64,000 nucleotides of DNA from NCBI RefSeq assembly GCF_009914755.1, contig NC_060926.1, one strand, 5' to 3'. This DNA is from the human T2T-CHM13v2.0 reference genome, Homo sapiens. The notes under the pieces were generated by a model, which was given only the letters and a program-made list of their open reading frames with translations, had not been told where the DNA came from and made no database searches. Positions 63,320 through 64,000 of the stretch are shown in pieces. The position numbers were made by a program, and so were the translations under genes. How positions within the stretch are numbered: the first letter of the stretch is position 1; every line of letters begins with the position of its first letter.

Positions 63320-63845
63320 TGTACCAGTTAGGAAGGCATTTGGCTGCAGGTAACAGGAAACCTGGTTCTAGAAGTTTAATCACACAGGGGTGCCTTTTTC
63401 TCATAATAAGAAATCAGTAAATGGTGGTTGCTGACTTTGCTGTGGTAACTCGACAACTCTGAGATTCTTATGGCCTCTCCTCATGGTCTTAATGTGGTTG
63501 GTACAACTCTAAGTATCGTGTCTGTGTTTAAAAGAAAACCAAGAGGCAGAAAGGTGGAAAGAGAGGGCCATACCAGCTGCACCCTTTTGTCAGGAAACCA
63601 GTTTTACTTGACATTTGCACCCCACCCCCTGCCAGCTTCCACCTATATCTTATGGCCCTATCCTGGGTGCAAGGGGGCTGGGGAACTGAGGAACAGGCTT
63701 GTCATGCTCAGTGGAGCCTCTTTGTGGGACCAGGCCCATTTCCATTCCAAATGAATTGGGTTTGTTACAAGGAAGAAGGGGAAATAGATATTGATAGGCA
63801 GAAGCATGTCCCCAAACATGGCCAGAGATGGTGTATCTTCTGCCA
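63320..63845 (-). mobile_element. Old MLT1 (K/L-like) LTR
   Basis: CAGTTAGGAAGGCATTTGGCTGCAGGTAACAG start and GCAAGGGGGCTGGGGAA internal motif. Confidence 0.5.
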
Positions 63846-64000
63846 TAGGAACTCCTGGTGCATGGCACGAATTCAGACATCCTGCCTTCTGGACCTGACA
63901 CTATGAAGCCCCACTGTGTTTCCCCACTCCCATTCCAGGCCTCTGCCTCAGTGGGTCCCAGTTCATCCCTGTCCATCCCAGAGGGGCCCTCTGAAGTAGA

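Overview
Human (primate) genomic DNA containing the complete ATOH8 (atonal bHLH transcription factor 8) gene on the + strand. It has a CpG-island promoter (~9.2-11.3 kb) and three coding exons (10060-10827, 19870-20061, 42947-42952) that splice to a 321-aa protein. The 3' UTR runs to a proximal (AGTAAA 44102) or distal (AATAAA 47416) poly(A) signal. The rest is intronic or intergenic DNA with Alu, L1, L2, MIR, MaLR LTR and hAT relics, simple repeats, several candidate enhancers and a match to miR-6071 on the - strand. The most notable unexplained structure is a ~105-bp, ~91% identical, non-Alu inverted repeat (41177-41280 / 43807-43912). It brackets the terminal-exon acceptor, the stop codon and a cryptic donor, and an in-frame alternative acceptor lies just outside it, so it is a candidate RNA-structure switch for ATOH8 3'-end splicing. 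Other oddities are a THE1 LTR flanked by a ~93-bp direct duplication and a young local duplication of an L2 fragment. Repeat-family calls are by eye and their boundaries are approximate.
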